The translations under genes and the position numbers were made by a program. DNA of 25,504 nt from positions 1 to 25,504 of the forward strand of contig JBLDXI010000087.1 of NCBI GenBank assembly GCA_047495785.1, written 5' to 3'. The notes under the pieces are model-generated. The model had not been told where the DNA came from. It was given only the letters and a program-made list of their open reading frames with translations, and did no database searches. Positions 1-10,260 of the stretch are shown here, piece after piece. Positions within the stretch are counted from its first letter, which is position 1. Every line of letters begins with the position of its first letter. The stretch is from Lepidodermella squamata. Taxonomy: Eukaryota > Animalia > Gastrotricha.

Positions 1-2
1 GC

Positions 3-497
3 GACCGGATCCAGGATGCCGACGTATCGTTGTTCTTCTATGCCGGCCACGGCCTGGAGGTGGATGGTACCAACTACCTGGTTCCGGTAGATGCCAATAT
101 TCAGTCTGCGCTCGATGTGAAGCTGAAGACCATCCCGCTCACGGGTGTAATCCGAACCATGGAATTCGCTAACGACGAGGGTTTGAATATGATTATCCTC
201 GATGCCTGCCGCAACAATCCATTCCCCACCGGAAAACGGAGTGGTGGATCAGGTCTGGCCCGGGTACAGGCGCCCAGCGGCACGCTTATCGCCTACGCTA
301 CAGACCCAGGTTCTACGGCATCCGACGGAGACAAAGCCAATGGGCTGTACACCGGCGAACTGGTGAAGCAAATGAGGGTTTCCCAGCGGATCGAAGACAT
401 CTTCATGAACACGCGCAACCAGGTCGAGCATCTTTCCAACGGCGCACAACGGCCATGGGAAGAAGCAAGACTTAAAGGGGTGTTCTTTCTAAGGTAG
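3..497 (+). CDS. Caspase-family (peptidase C14, metacaspase-like) protein, C-terminal part; 5' end lies outside the window
   Basis: Frame is open from base 3 (DRIQDADVSLFFYAGHG...). Catalytic dyad motifs YAGHG and ILDACR are present, followed by the p10-like GTLIAYAT.PG..A.DG...NGLYT and Q.PW motifs. Confidence 0.92.
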   Translation, partial: DRIQDADVSLFFYAGHGLEVDGTNYLVPVDANIQSALDVKLKTIPLTGVIRTMEFANDEGLNMIILDACRNNPFPTGKRSGGSGLARVQAPSGTLIAYATDPGSTASDGDKANGLYTGELVKQMRVSQRIEDIFMNTRNQVEHLSNGAQRPWEEARLKGVFFLR

Positions 498-530
498 CCA
501 AGCTAGAACTGGGATTTCAACTTCGGGTCT

Positions 531-2244
531 TCATCTTACGTTCGCTTCCGCAGACCTGGGTTTCGAAGTGAGATTGATCACAAACTGGATCAACACTCCA
601 AACCCGATGACGGCCGCACACCCGGCAAAGTTGTAATACAGAAATGCGAGGTCTGTACCTGCCCAAACGTAGATCACGATCGCCTCTCCTATGATGGCAG
701 AGATAAAGACGGCCAACGACTTCACATACTTCACATAGAAGGCGGTCAGGAAGATGCCCAGCAGCGTTCCATAGAACAATGACCCGACTATGTTGACGAG
801 TTGAATCAGGTTCTCAGCATGCGAAGCCAGCATCGCAAATCCCATAGCGAAAACGGCCCAGCCGGCGGTGAAGACTTTGGACATCAACACGTAGTGCTTG
901 TCGTCGGCGTTCTTGTTTATCGATCTTTTGTAGATATCGACTGTGGTAGTGGAAGTGAGCGCGTTGAGCTCAGAGGCTGTCGACGACATGGCTGCGGAGA
1001 AGACCACCGCGAGCAACAGGCCGATCACGCCATGTGGCAGCCAGCTCATCACGAAATTGATGAAGACATAGTCCGTATCGTTCCCCTTCTCTCCCGTTGC
1101 TCTGTAGACATGTGCCCGGGCGCGGTTCCGGAGCGTATCCTGTTGCACACCCAATTCTTCGATCCGGCTCGTTGCCTGCCCGATTGCGCTCTCATCTTCG
1201 CTTCGAATGGCACTGGCGAGGGCGAGCGACTGTTCCTTCTTGATCCGGAACACTTCGTTATACTCCGACTCGATGCTGCGGATGGTTGCCGAATGCTCTG
1301 TTGTCAAGGCTCGCTCGTAGAGACTCTTATTGTGCATTATCGGTGGTTGATTGAACTGGTAGAACATGAACACCAGGATCCCGATATACAAAATGATGAA
1401 TTGCATGGGGATCTTGAGGAGCCCATTGAAGATCAGCCCCAGGCGGCTCTCCGTGAGCGAACTGCCGGCGAGGGTAACGGCCGACCTGCGATTGATCTGC
1501 GCCGAAGTAGGACAGAAAGAGAAACAGTCCACCCAGCAGCCCCGACCAGACGTTATAGCGATCATTCAAGTCGAAATTGAAGTTGACAAGGTTCATCTTG
1601 CCCACTGCGCCTGCGTAACTGAATGTCTCGCCGAAGCTGATCTCCGGAATGTTATAAAATGCGATTCCACCGGCGAGGATCATACCCGCCATGATGATCG
1701 TTAGCTGATATCGCTGTGTAAGACTGACCGCTTTCGATCCGCCAGTGATTGTATAGATCATTACCAGGCAGCCAATCATTAATGTTGTCAACTCCAGTCT
1801 CCAGCCAAGAATCGTGGAAAGAATAAGGGATGGGGCGAAGACAGTGATCCCCACTGAGAAGCCACGCAGGACGAGAAAGAACATCGCGGCGAGCGAACGC
1901 ACGCGCACATCAAAACGTGTTTCCAGATACTCGTACGCAGTAAACACCTTGAGCTTTCTGTACAAAGGAACAGCTGTGATACAGAGAATTACCATGGCGA
2001 GCGGAAGGCCAAAATAGAATTGAAGAAACCGCATCCCATCGTTGAACGCCTGCCCCGGTGTGGACAGGAACGTAACCGCACTGGCTTGAGTCGCCATGAT
2101 GGAAAGACAGACTGTCCACCAAGGCATGCTGCGATTTCCAACCAGGAACCCCTCCATGCTGGAGGTATTACGGCTTTTCACCACTCCGTATACCACAATC
2201 ATCCCAAGCACTCCGAAGAGTACGATCCAATCGATATTGTTCAT
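531..2244 (-). CDS. Sodium:solute symporter (SSS/SLC5 family), split by one +1 indel at the GGG at 1472-1474 (probable sequencing error)
   Basis: ORF 1327..2244 gives the N-half (DW.VL, SIMATQASAVTFLSTPG, TAYEYLETRF, SYFGADQSQVGRY). Removing one G continues it as YLAGSSLTESRLGL into ORF 531..1565 (AAMSSTASELNAL, GSLFYG). About 570 aa when joined. Confidence 0.92.
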
Positions 2245-2378
2245 TTAAAGGAGTTAGTGACGACGGTGTAGATGATGATCTGCACGATAAGAACGATCAT
2301 AACGAGCCAGTACCAGCCGCTCCATTTCTTAAACACCGGCGGTTGCTCGGGATCGACGGGAGAAGGTGATTCGCTCAT
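2241..2378 (-). CDS. Small single-pass membrane protein (45 aa) co-transcribed with the symporter; not in the ORF track
   Basis: Hand translation: MSESPSPVDPEQPPVFKKWSGWYWLVMIVLIVQIIIYTVVTNSFK*. It has ATGA overlaps with both the upstream deacetylase stop (2375-2378) and the downstream symporter start (2241-2244). Confidence 0.85.
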   Translation of the reverse strand: MSESPSPVDPEQPPVFKKWSGWYWLVMIVLIVQIIIYTVVTNSFK

Positions 2379-4886
2379 TTTTTGAGGGATTTAACTTTTT
2401 GCTCCGAAGGCTTTGGTGCCTTGCCGAGTGAAACAATATTGGCAAATAGTTTATAGGCACCCGGTACCCCTTCGGGTAACTCCCGGAAGAACGAGAGGCC
2501 AGTATACACGTAGTAACCTTGTCCATAACGGGCCACGAGCAATCCTCCATCTTTGGGTGTTTCTCCCTTGTCGTTCGAAGATATCAGTGCATCGAAATGA
2601 CTATCCCACTTGTTCGGGTAGTACAAGCCTCGTTCCTGCACCCAACCTTTGAAATCGTCCGCTGTAATCTTGTTAGGATAGTTCAGTGCAGGGTGCTCCG
2701 GCTTCAGTAATCGAACTTCGCTATTCTCTTCAGTGACCCGGTCTCTCGACAGCGTGATTGGATAAGGCGAGAACTTGTCTGCGTCGATCTCCATCTCAAA
2801 GTTGGTGTTGTATTGTACAATGAGTGTCCCTCCTCCCTCCACAAACTTCAGCAAAGCAGGCATGAAGTACCGGATCCGTTCATTCGTGTTAAGGGCGCGA
2901 ACCCCTAGTACTACGGCATCTACGCGGGCAAGATTGGCACTGGTCACTTCTTCGTTCTTCATCTCCCACACTTCGTAGCCGAGGTTGCGCAAAGCAGCGG
3001 GCACTTCGTCACCAGCGCCACGGATGTAGCCCACTACGCTTCCCTCCTTACGTATGTTCACCTTCACCAGTCGTGACGACGACTCGGGAACAAGGGTCTG
3101 CACAGGTATGTGATCGTAGTTGATTGTCTGAACGGAATGCTTCAATACGGTCCCGTTCACCGTCGCGAATGCGCCGAGCTTCCCTGTCAGCTCCTCTTTG
3201 GATGGCGTAACTGTAAATGCGACAGAATGCTCCTCGCCGCGTTTCACCAAGGTGAACGACTGCTGGACCGGCTCCGACTTCCATCCCTGGGGAAGTGACA
3301 AGGCGAGGGTGCCTGTCATCGACTGATTGGAGTATGAACGGGCCAGCACGACTACTTGCTGGGGTGCAGCTTCACGAAAGATGTATACGGGCGATGAAAG
3401 AGAAACGGCCACCGGGGGCACGATCTCGAAGGGCCTCATCTGCTCGCCCTTTACGGGATCCGTCCACTTATAGACAAGTGGCGTTGTGATCTGAAGTTCC
3501 TCGTTACCGATCGCATAGGTAAACCGGATCTCGATCGCCGGATGGTTTTCGGGCATGCCGATCAAGGACGGGTCCTTTACGGTAAACGTGCCTTGCGTAT
3601 GTTCCTCTCGTAACCAATACGGCCCGGAGTATGAAGCTGTCGTGCTCAGTTTCTTCAAACTTTGAAATGTGATGAGCTTGTTATTACCTGCTTCGAGGTT
3701 CGCGATCGTGTCGAAACCGAGAATCTCACTCCTGATGCTCTTCAATCGGACGGCTGCTTTCGATCGGTTGACTACTTCGAACTGCAGGCGGACTTGTTCG
3801 CCGGGCGCCGCGTTAAATTGAGTGGCGGTCACTTCTGTATATAATCCGGCACATGCCTGAATCAGTTGCTCTGTTTCCTGGAGTTTGCGGGTTCGCCAAA
3901 CGCCGGGTTCGAGAGACGCGATCTCTTTTCGGATCGTCAACAAGTCCGGAATAATCTCGTACGGACGCTCGTCGGAGAACTTTGCCAGTGCCTTCTCCAC
4001 CAAAGGCTGGATCCGGCTTCCGCCTTTAACGCGGGACCACGTAGTATTCACCCCGTCCAGGATATCGGACTTTGCCGAATCGCCCTTTATAAACTCAAAG
4101 AACTCGAGAGCGTCGCCGCGACGACCCTGAGAGCCGAAACCCTGGCTCTTGTGCTGTGTCCGGCTGTCGGCAGCTATCTCTGAATAGGACTTGCCGAGCA
4201 ACGTATTGAAGGCCCCTACGTTGAGCGCTAATACCCCCGGTGTGTTTTCATTGATCGTCTGGTTCCACCACCTGCCTGTATTGGTATAGAGTCGTTTCGG
4301 CTTCCATGGGCCATAGGTATTTAGCTGGTCAGTATATGAGGTGGTGGTGCCCGAAAGATCGAATGCTTCCTGGGCCAGTACTGCGGAGCCCGTATGGTGG
4401 CCGTGGCCGGCGCGCTCATCGGGTGGAAATCGGGTGATGATCACATCCGGCTGGAACTGCCTGTACACCCGTACCACATCCGAAAGTATCTCATTCTTAT
4501 TCCAGATCTCAAATGCTTCGTTCACGTTCTTTGAGAATCCAAAATCATTAGCCCGGGTAAAGAACTGCTGACCGCCATCGATCCTCCGTGCCGCAATGAG
4601 TTCTTGCGTGCGAATCAATCCCAGCAGGTCACGTATTTCGGGTCCGATGAGATTTTGTCCACCATCACCGCGTGTCATCGACAGATATGCGGTAGCCGCA
4701 AGTCGCTCGCTCGCGAGGTATGCGATCACCCGGGTGTTTTCGTCGTCGGGGGTGGGCTGCCACATAAAGTACGGAGCCCAGGTAATTGAGCTTCTTGAGC
4801 CGGAGTCGAATCTCCGATGTACTAAGTTGTTTTTGTGAATAAGCCGAAAGCGGGAGGAGGAGCAGTAACCAAAACAGTCGTTGCAT
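2375..4886 (-). CDS. PIG-L/LmbE family deacetylase with signal peptide and C-terminal class I GATase-like domain, split by one +1 indel at G5 4748-4752
   Basis: ORF 4665..4886 gives the signal peptide plus SVLYVAAHP. Removing one G restores AHPDDENT and joins ORF 2375..4765 (TRGDGGQNLIG, R..E, HGHH, WVQERGLY). This is the typical Bacteroidota PIG-L + small protein + SSS arrangement. Confidence 0.92.
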
Positions 4887-4991
4887 GATGCAATTAACGA
4901 CTAATTAAGTAAACGTCTCGGCCAGTTAAAAGGGTATTTGAGCCTCTTAACATTTATTAACAAGACGACTAAATCTATAGATTATATATTT

Positions 4992-5456
4992 TTAGAATTT
5001 TCCTCTTCGTTCTCCATTCACGAGAAACGATCCATCTTCGGCCACCACGAGTTCGATCTTGTTCAACTGCTTTCGAGCGTCGTCCATGGCATAGATGGTG
5101 TACGCATTTGGAGTGACGCGATCCTTCAGGTCATCGATGTACCCCATGTCGATCAGAAAAGTAAGTGACTTATCAGATTTCTTATTGAACAGCGACTTAC
5201 CGAAACTATCCTCACACTTGAAGCGCGCTTCTTCCGATTTAAGGTTGAGAATCTTCACATGAACGATGAGATAGGGCAACGGTCCATGGTTCTTTCTTTC
5301 CGCCACGGAATTGGGATCCAGTGAAACGTTCGTGTTATCCGAGGTTGGTCGTTGCTTGAAGTTGTACTTCAACTCAACCTGAAAATCCTCCTTGGCACGA
5401 AAAGGAACGTCACCGCTTTGCAGCAGGAATAGGAACGAAATGAGGTAAGATAACAT
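4992..5456 (-). CDS. Hypothetical protein (154 aa) with hydrophobic N-terminus, probably exported
   Basis: Full ORF with ATG, co-oriented with its neighbours; N-terminus MLSYLISFLFLLQ. No family recognised. Confidence 0.75.
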   Translation of the reverse strand: MLSYLISFLFLLQSGDVPFRAKEDFQVELKYNFKQRPTSDNTNVSLDPNSVAERKNHGPLPYLIVHVKILNLKSEEARFKCEDSFGKSLFNKKSDKSLTFLIDMGYIDDLKDRVTPNAYTIYAMDDARKQLNKIELVVAEDGSFLVNGERRGKF

Positions 5457-5528
5457 GGCAGGTAAATGGGTAAGTACAAGTTACGCATTTCCCATCTCCC
5501 GGCCTTGTAAAGAATCGTCCTAAAAGTG

Positions 5529-6639
5529 TTACAAATTGATGTCGGATCCTTGTTCGAGCTTCCGGATCATTCCTTCCACATTTCGCCGGGCCCCATCGTC
5601 CGGTGCGAGCGGCAAAGCTGCTTTAAGATGGTTTAGCGACTTCTTCAGGTCGCCCCGGGCGCTATAGGCGCGTGCCATGCCGACGTTGGTTGTGTACTCT
5701 TTGGGTGCTTTTTCGTAGTTCATCTTAAACACCTTGAAAGCCTCGTCTACCTGTTTTTGGGCGAGCAATTGCCGGGCATAGAAATGTACGTCCTGCAGAG
5801 TACCCATGGGCAGGGCCTCGTCCATGGTCTTCCTCGCTTCATCCATGCGACCGAGTGCTGTAAGGACGCGGGCGCGGGTACTTAATGTGTTGAAGTTCTT
5901 CTCCCCCATTATGCGGAAATACGTGCCCCGGTCGATCCATGCGAGCGCCTGTTCGAGCTCTATGTTGTTGCGCAGGCACCAATCGGCGGCCTGTATATAA
6001 TCGTAATAAGGTCTCGTAGTCCGAAAGTCGTTTCGAAACGCTGCCATTTGCAGCTTCTCCCGCTCGATCGTAACGGTAAACGGAATCCGTCGCTTCTCCC
6101 AGGACAGCGCAATAACAGCGGAGTTCGGAGTTTCGTCGGAGAACTCGTACTTCAACCATTCCACACTTTTGTCGAGCGACTCATTCGGCACAGTGACACG
6201 CAACTGATCTTCGGCGGGATCGTAGTAGAAGCTCCCCCACGAGGTGCTGATCTTGTTGAAGATGAGTGTGCTCTCGGTATCGCCGAGTGCAATAAAGAAC
6301 CCATACGTGCCGGCTGGCAGGTCGGCACCATTGATCTTGACGGGCTGCGAGAAAGACATCGTGGTGTTCTCGTTGGCACCGGCGCGCCACGGAGCTGCGT
6401 AACTTGTACCGTGGCCCTGATCGACGAAGCCGTAGTGGGCCACGCTGGTTCCCCAGATGCGCCCTTCGCGTCCCTTGACCCCTGGGCGGCTGTAGGAAAT
6501 ACTGATCTTTACGATGCCAATTTGTTCCGAGATGGAGGCTTTCTTATTCCCCCCATCGGGCTTCGGAGGTGAGAGGCATGATCTGCGCGTGCGCATAAAG
6601 TGCGCTCACGAGAAAAAGGATTGATAATTTCCGTTTCAT
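5529..6639 (-). CDS. DUF2911 domain protein with C-terminal TPR repeats; frameshift near 6560-6567
   Basis: Signal peptide MKRKLSILFLVSALYAHAQ starts at ATG 6639. A one-base shift joins it to PDGGNKKASISEQIG...YSRPGVKGR...PWRAGANENT...LPAGTYG...WGS (DUF2911 motifs), followed by helical TPR-like repeats. Confidence 0.85.
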
Positions 6640-6665
6640 AACTGTCCTTGGTGATTGTGGATAAC

Positions 6666-6748
6666 CAAAGACAATGATCGGAAGCGGCGGCCCGATGTTT
6701 CCGAAAGTGGTGTTCAATCCGGAAACAAACCTGTTCAAGCATGTTCAG
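6666..6748 (-). promoter_or_regulatory. Putative activator-dependent promoter of the DUF2911 gene, with TGTTCA direct repeats
   Basis: TGTTCA(A/G) at 6711, 6732 and 6742 (spacings 21 and 10). An 8-bp inverted repeat lies at 6696-6703/6720-6727, and a near-consensus -7 element TGTCTTTG (minus strand) at 6666-6673. Confidence 0.4.
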
Positions 6749-6751
6749 GCC

Positions 6752-8314
6752 CTAGTAGTTGACTTTTTCCAGGTGCCCCTCGATCTTTTTTTCCTTTCGA
6801 AAGTACTCCACCACATACAGGTAGCCGGACTTGGCCTTCATGATATTAAACTCAGAAGATCGTCTTTTGATATTGAACTTATCGACAACGAAGGTCTTCT
6901 CGGGGGTGTAGACAACGGAGCCGATCACGAACGCACTGCCAGCCGATGATTGTGACTTGTCGTAGTCTACGTACGTAACGAGGAAGGTAGAATTATCGGG
7001 AGACATCTGCGTAAAGCGATAGTCGAATGCACCCCACGACTTCGCGAAATGGGAGACTGCCTTAGGCGAGGTCTCGAGCGCTCCCGACGGAAGCTGCATA
7101 ACACTCTTCTTCTTCTCGAACACATGCACCTTATTGATGCTGAAATCGGGGTTGAACTGGAAGACCACAAGGTTGTAGATATTGATCTGGGTGACAGATG
7201 TACTCGCGCTTCCGCCCAAAGCAACGGCTGCAACGGCCAAAGCGATGCCGCCCGCGCTTGCTGCTTTCTTGTACTGCTCGCCGATAACAAAGATCTGTCC
7301 ATCGCTGGTGCGAACGGTGTTGTGGAAAATGATGCTGGTGTTGCTGCCATCGAACTTACCCTTTTCGTCCAGCGGCGTCACTTTACTCATAGACTCCCAT
7401 GAGTTGGCCTTTTGTTCTTTGAGCTTTCCGGCGCCGTCGAAGACTACGTTCATGAATCCGAGACTTCGGTCGCGTGTTTCCCGGGCGGATGGTGCATAGT
7501 ATTCACCAAAGACAATATAATCCCCTGAAACGGTATCGTGGCGAATGTCTGAGACAGCCACTGTGTAGCCATTGTCGACGACGACGGGCACCTTGAACAG
7601 CCTATGTCCGTCTACGGCGCTGTTGACGAGCAGATCGTATTCGATGTCTTTCGATCCGGCCTTTTTCCTTCGTTCGATCAGCGAACCGATCGTCTGCGAA
7701 TCCTGGAACGCTTCGAACCCGATCTCAAAACCGGCGTCGGCGGCGGCGCGGTCTACCCATTTCGATTTCAGTTGATTATCGAGGAACTCGATGTGATAGT
7801 GGGCCTTTCGATCTTCAGTAACCGAGTACAGCAGGAATCCAGTATTCGCTACAGGCACGATAAAATTCTGTTCTGTTTCGTTGCCATTCGCAGCTGCGCC
7901 ATACGCATTGAGCATATTGCTGCCCTTCACCATGCGAACAAAGGAAGCGATCTGCTGAAGTTTTTCGTCGTAGGCGATCAGTTCCATCAGGTTCCTTGAA
8001 CGATCGTAGCCCAGCACCGCAAACACAGATCCGTTATACGACGCTTCCAGTATTACGAAGCCCGAGGTTCGCTGGATGGTTACCGAATTGATCTCGTTGA
8101 GATTCTCGTCGAGTACCTTCAGCAAGAAGTTATTCAGCCGTGCATTGGTGCGTTCCAGATCGTAGAACATGTAGTAACCGGTAACCTGATTGTTATGAAT
8201 TACCTCGCCGGAGTTGCGGATCTTCACACTTCGGATATTAGTCTGAGTGTACGATTGCGCCAGCGTAGCGGATCCAACAGAGAGAGCGGCTAGCACCAGA
8301 ATGATATTTTTCAT
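6752..8314 (-). CDS. Exported beta-rich protein, DUF6770-like (520 aa)
   Basis: Signal peptide; IRNSGEVI...GYYMFY N-terminus; FVIGEQYKK; YFRKEKKI..HLEKVNY end. ATGA overlap with the upstream M48 peptidase. Family assignment is from recall. Confidence 0.7.
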   Translation of the reverse strand: MKNIILVLAALSVGSATLAQSYTQTNIRSVKIRNSGEVIHNNQVTGYYMFYDLERTNARLNNFLLKVLDENLNEINSVTIQRTSGFVILEASYNGSVFAVLGYDRSRNLMELIAYDEKLQQIASFVRMVKGSNMLNAYGAAANGNETEQNFIVPVANTGFLLYSVTEDRKAHYHIEFLDNQLKSKWVDRAAADAGFEIGFEAFQDSQTIGSLIERRKKAGSKDIEYDLLVNSAVDGHRLFKVPVVVDNGYTVAVSDIRHDTVSGDYIVFGEYYAPSARETRDRSLGFMNVVFDGAGKLKEQKANSWESMSKVTPLDEKGKFDGSNTSIIFHNTVRTSDGQIFVIGEQYKKAASAGGIALAVAAVALGGSASTSVTQINIYNLVVFQFNPDFSINKVHVFEKKKSVMQLPSGALETSPKAVSHFAKSWGAFDYRFTQMSPDNSTFLVTYVDYDKSQSSAGSAFVIGSVVYTPEKTFVVDKFNIKRRSSEFNIMKAKSGYLYVVEYFRKEKKIEGHLEKVNY

Positions 8315-9758
8315 TTGAGCGTTGGGTTGTTCTTCATCATTAGTTTATATCTCCCATTTGGAAAAAGTTCGTCGTAATCGCCACGCACTTTGTCGGGGTC
8401 GAGTTTGCTGGTCTTGAAATTACTCACGAGCCAGAGAGCATAAACAAAATCCTCATTGGTATAGAACGACTCAGGTTGGCTTACCATGATTTGATAGGTG
8501 ACGTACTCCATTTCGGGCAACCGGAGCTTATGGATAAGTGTCAACAACCGGTTATAGGACTCGGAGAAATAGGCATCTGGAAGATCTACCGACGTGCCCA
8601 GGGAGTGATTTCGTTGTCGGGTATAGATCTCATAAAGGCAGCGACCGATCATCGCCTTGATCCATGCGTTTTCGGGATAGATGCGCGAAAGCTGGATGGC
8701 GTGGTAGAGTGCCCGGCTGTAGTTCTTGAAATGAAATTCGGAGTCTACCATCTCGAGTTGAGCTCGTTTCTGATAAACGTTCTTGTTTAGTTTTCGTTCC
8801 TGGTTAAGATCATCGTAGCTGTATCCCATCTGCGCCATGCGCTTGGCCATGGTGATCGTTCGTTCGGTAATGTTAGGATGTGTCGAAAGGCTGTCCGGAA
8901 TCGTTGTGTCCTTTCGCCAGCGGTTGGTGTTCGCATACTCCAGCCACGGAGGTTGTATGGTAACTCCATTACTGACGAGGAACTTTTCCAGGTCGAGTGT
9001 ATCGTAGGGATCCTTATCAGCCCCGCGCAATACCTCCATAGCCTTTAGCGACGAACCTGGATCGTAGCCGGCCTTCAGATACAACACGAGGCCCATGGAG
9101 TCGGCAGAAGTTTCGTGCGAACGACTGTGCGAAGCGAATGCCCGGTCGAGATCCAGCAGCAGTTCGCGCGTTCTTGAATAGTTGTTGTAGCTGCTTCGCC
9201 TGGCCTGGTTGATCTTCTTTCTCGTATCACGGTCATTGAGCATCCGATTTCATCCTCAATTCCGACCACAATGTCTTTCTTCAATGCGTGTGCGAGCTCG
9301 TGGCAAACTATCGTTGCAACCTGATCTTCCGTTTGAAGTCGTGCGAGGAGGCCCAGGTGCACTCCGAGAACGGACTCCCCAAAGCAAATGGCGTTCGGGA
9401 CTTCACTTCTATACGCAAAGATGTTCACATCGCTGGAAGAGAACCCGTTGGCTACCGCAATTCGGTCCACGATGGAAGTCAGATAGTCGCTTAGCTCCGA
9501 CTTCATCATCATTCGGTCCTGGTTGAATTGCTTCAGCGTCGATTCGAAGACGTTCTTGTAGGCCTTCTTGACGTCATTCTTGTGTTTGCTGGTCTTATTG
9601 ATGCTGTTGATCTCCTGGGTGTGCCGGCTTTTCAGTAGCTGATACAGGCCGGGAGTGATCGTGTCCAGGTATGCGGACGGAATGAAATCGTCGGCAGGTT
9701 GTGCATTTATTGGCGCACAGCTGCACAAAACGAGTAGTATGACGATGGGGAGGCGCAT
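8311..9758 (-). CDS. M48 family metallopeptidase, split by a one-base deletion near 9244-9246
   Basis: ORF 9075..9758 gives the signal peptide, PNA and CHELAH (HExxH). ORF 8311..9243 gives E..AD..G, GYDP and STHP...ER. Adding one base at GAA ATC GG ATG joins them. Confidence 0.88.
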
Positions 9759-9771
9759 AATGTACCCGACT

Positions 9772-9779
9772 CAAAAGTA
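9772..9779 (-). promoter_or_regulatory. Bacteroidota housekeeping-sigma -7 element for the M48/DUF6770 operon
   Basis: Minus strand TACTTTTG matches TAnnTTTG, 14 bp upstream of the ATG at 9758. No clear -33 TTTG. Confidence 0.5.
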
Positions 9780-9845
9780 GCGAATCGGCCTTTTATATGG
9801 TGTGGGATTGGAAATATAGGGGGTATAGCATGCGGAGGTTGTTCT

Positions 9846-9917
9846 CACGGATCGCACGGATCGCACGGACACATGCATCGGCAAACCGAACCCAATCGAA
9901 GCACGTCACTTCTGCGG
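9846..9917. repeat. 9-bp tandem repeat (CACGGATCG x2.7) merging into a diverged 60-bp partial copy of the 103-bp repeat unit
   Basis: cacggatcg-cacggatcg-cacggac at 9846-9870. 9858-9917 matches 10071-10131 with a few substitutions and one indel. Confidence 0.85.
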
Positions 9918-10018
9918 CTGCGCCGTCCGCTACCAGAATTTCGGCCCTTCGGGCCTGGCTGGATTACGAAATCCCGCCGTTATAAAATCCGAGCACACGG
10001 ATTATATCGGAACACCTA

Positions 10019-10260
10019 ACTTCTGCGGTTCAATTGTTCAATTGCTCTGCTGTTCTACTGTTCTCTGATGGGATCGCACGGACGCATACATCGGCAAACC
10101 GAACCCAAATCGAAACTCGTCACTTCTGCGGTTCAATTGTTCAATTGCTCTGCTGTTCCATTGTTCTCTGATGGGATCGCACGGACGCATACATCGGCAA
10201 ACCGAACCCAAATCGAAACTCGTCACTTCTGCGGTTCAATTGTTTAATTGCTCTGCTGTT
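10019..10260. repeat. Intergenic tandem repeat, 103-bp unit, about 2.35 copies
   Basis: ACTTCTGCGGTTCAATTG... starts at 10019, 10122 and 10225. Copies differ at a few positions (ctact vs ccatt; gttcaattg vs gtttaattg). Each unit has an internal 8-bp periodicity. Confidence 0.95.

Noticed and set aside
801-1580. 259-aa plus-strand ORF
   Set aside because: It is the antisense shadow of the sodium:solute symporter.
10019-10260. CRISPR array
   Set aside because: The units are 103 bp and repeated in full with no unique spacers, and no cas genes are present.
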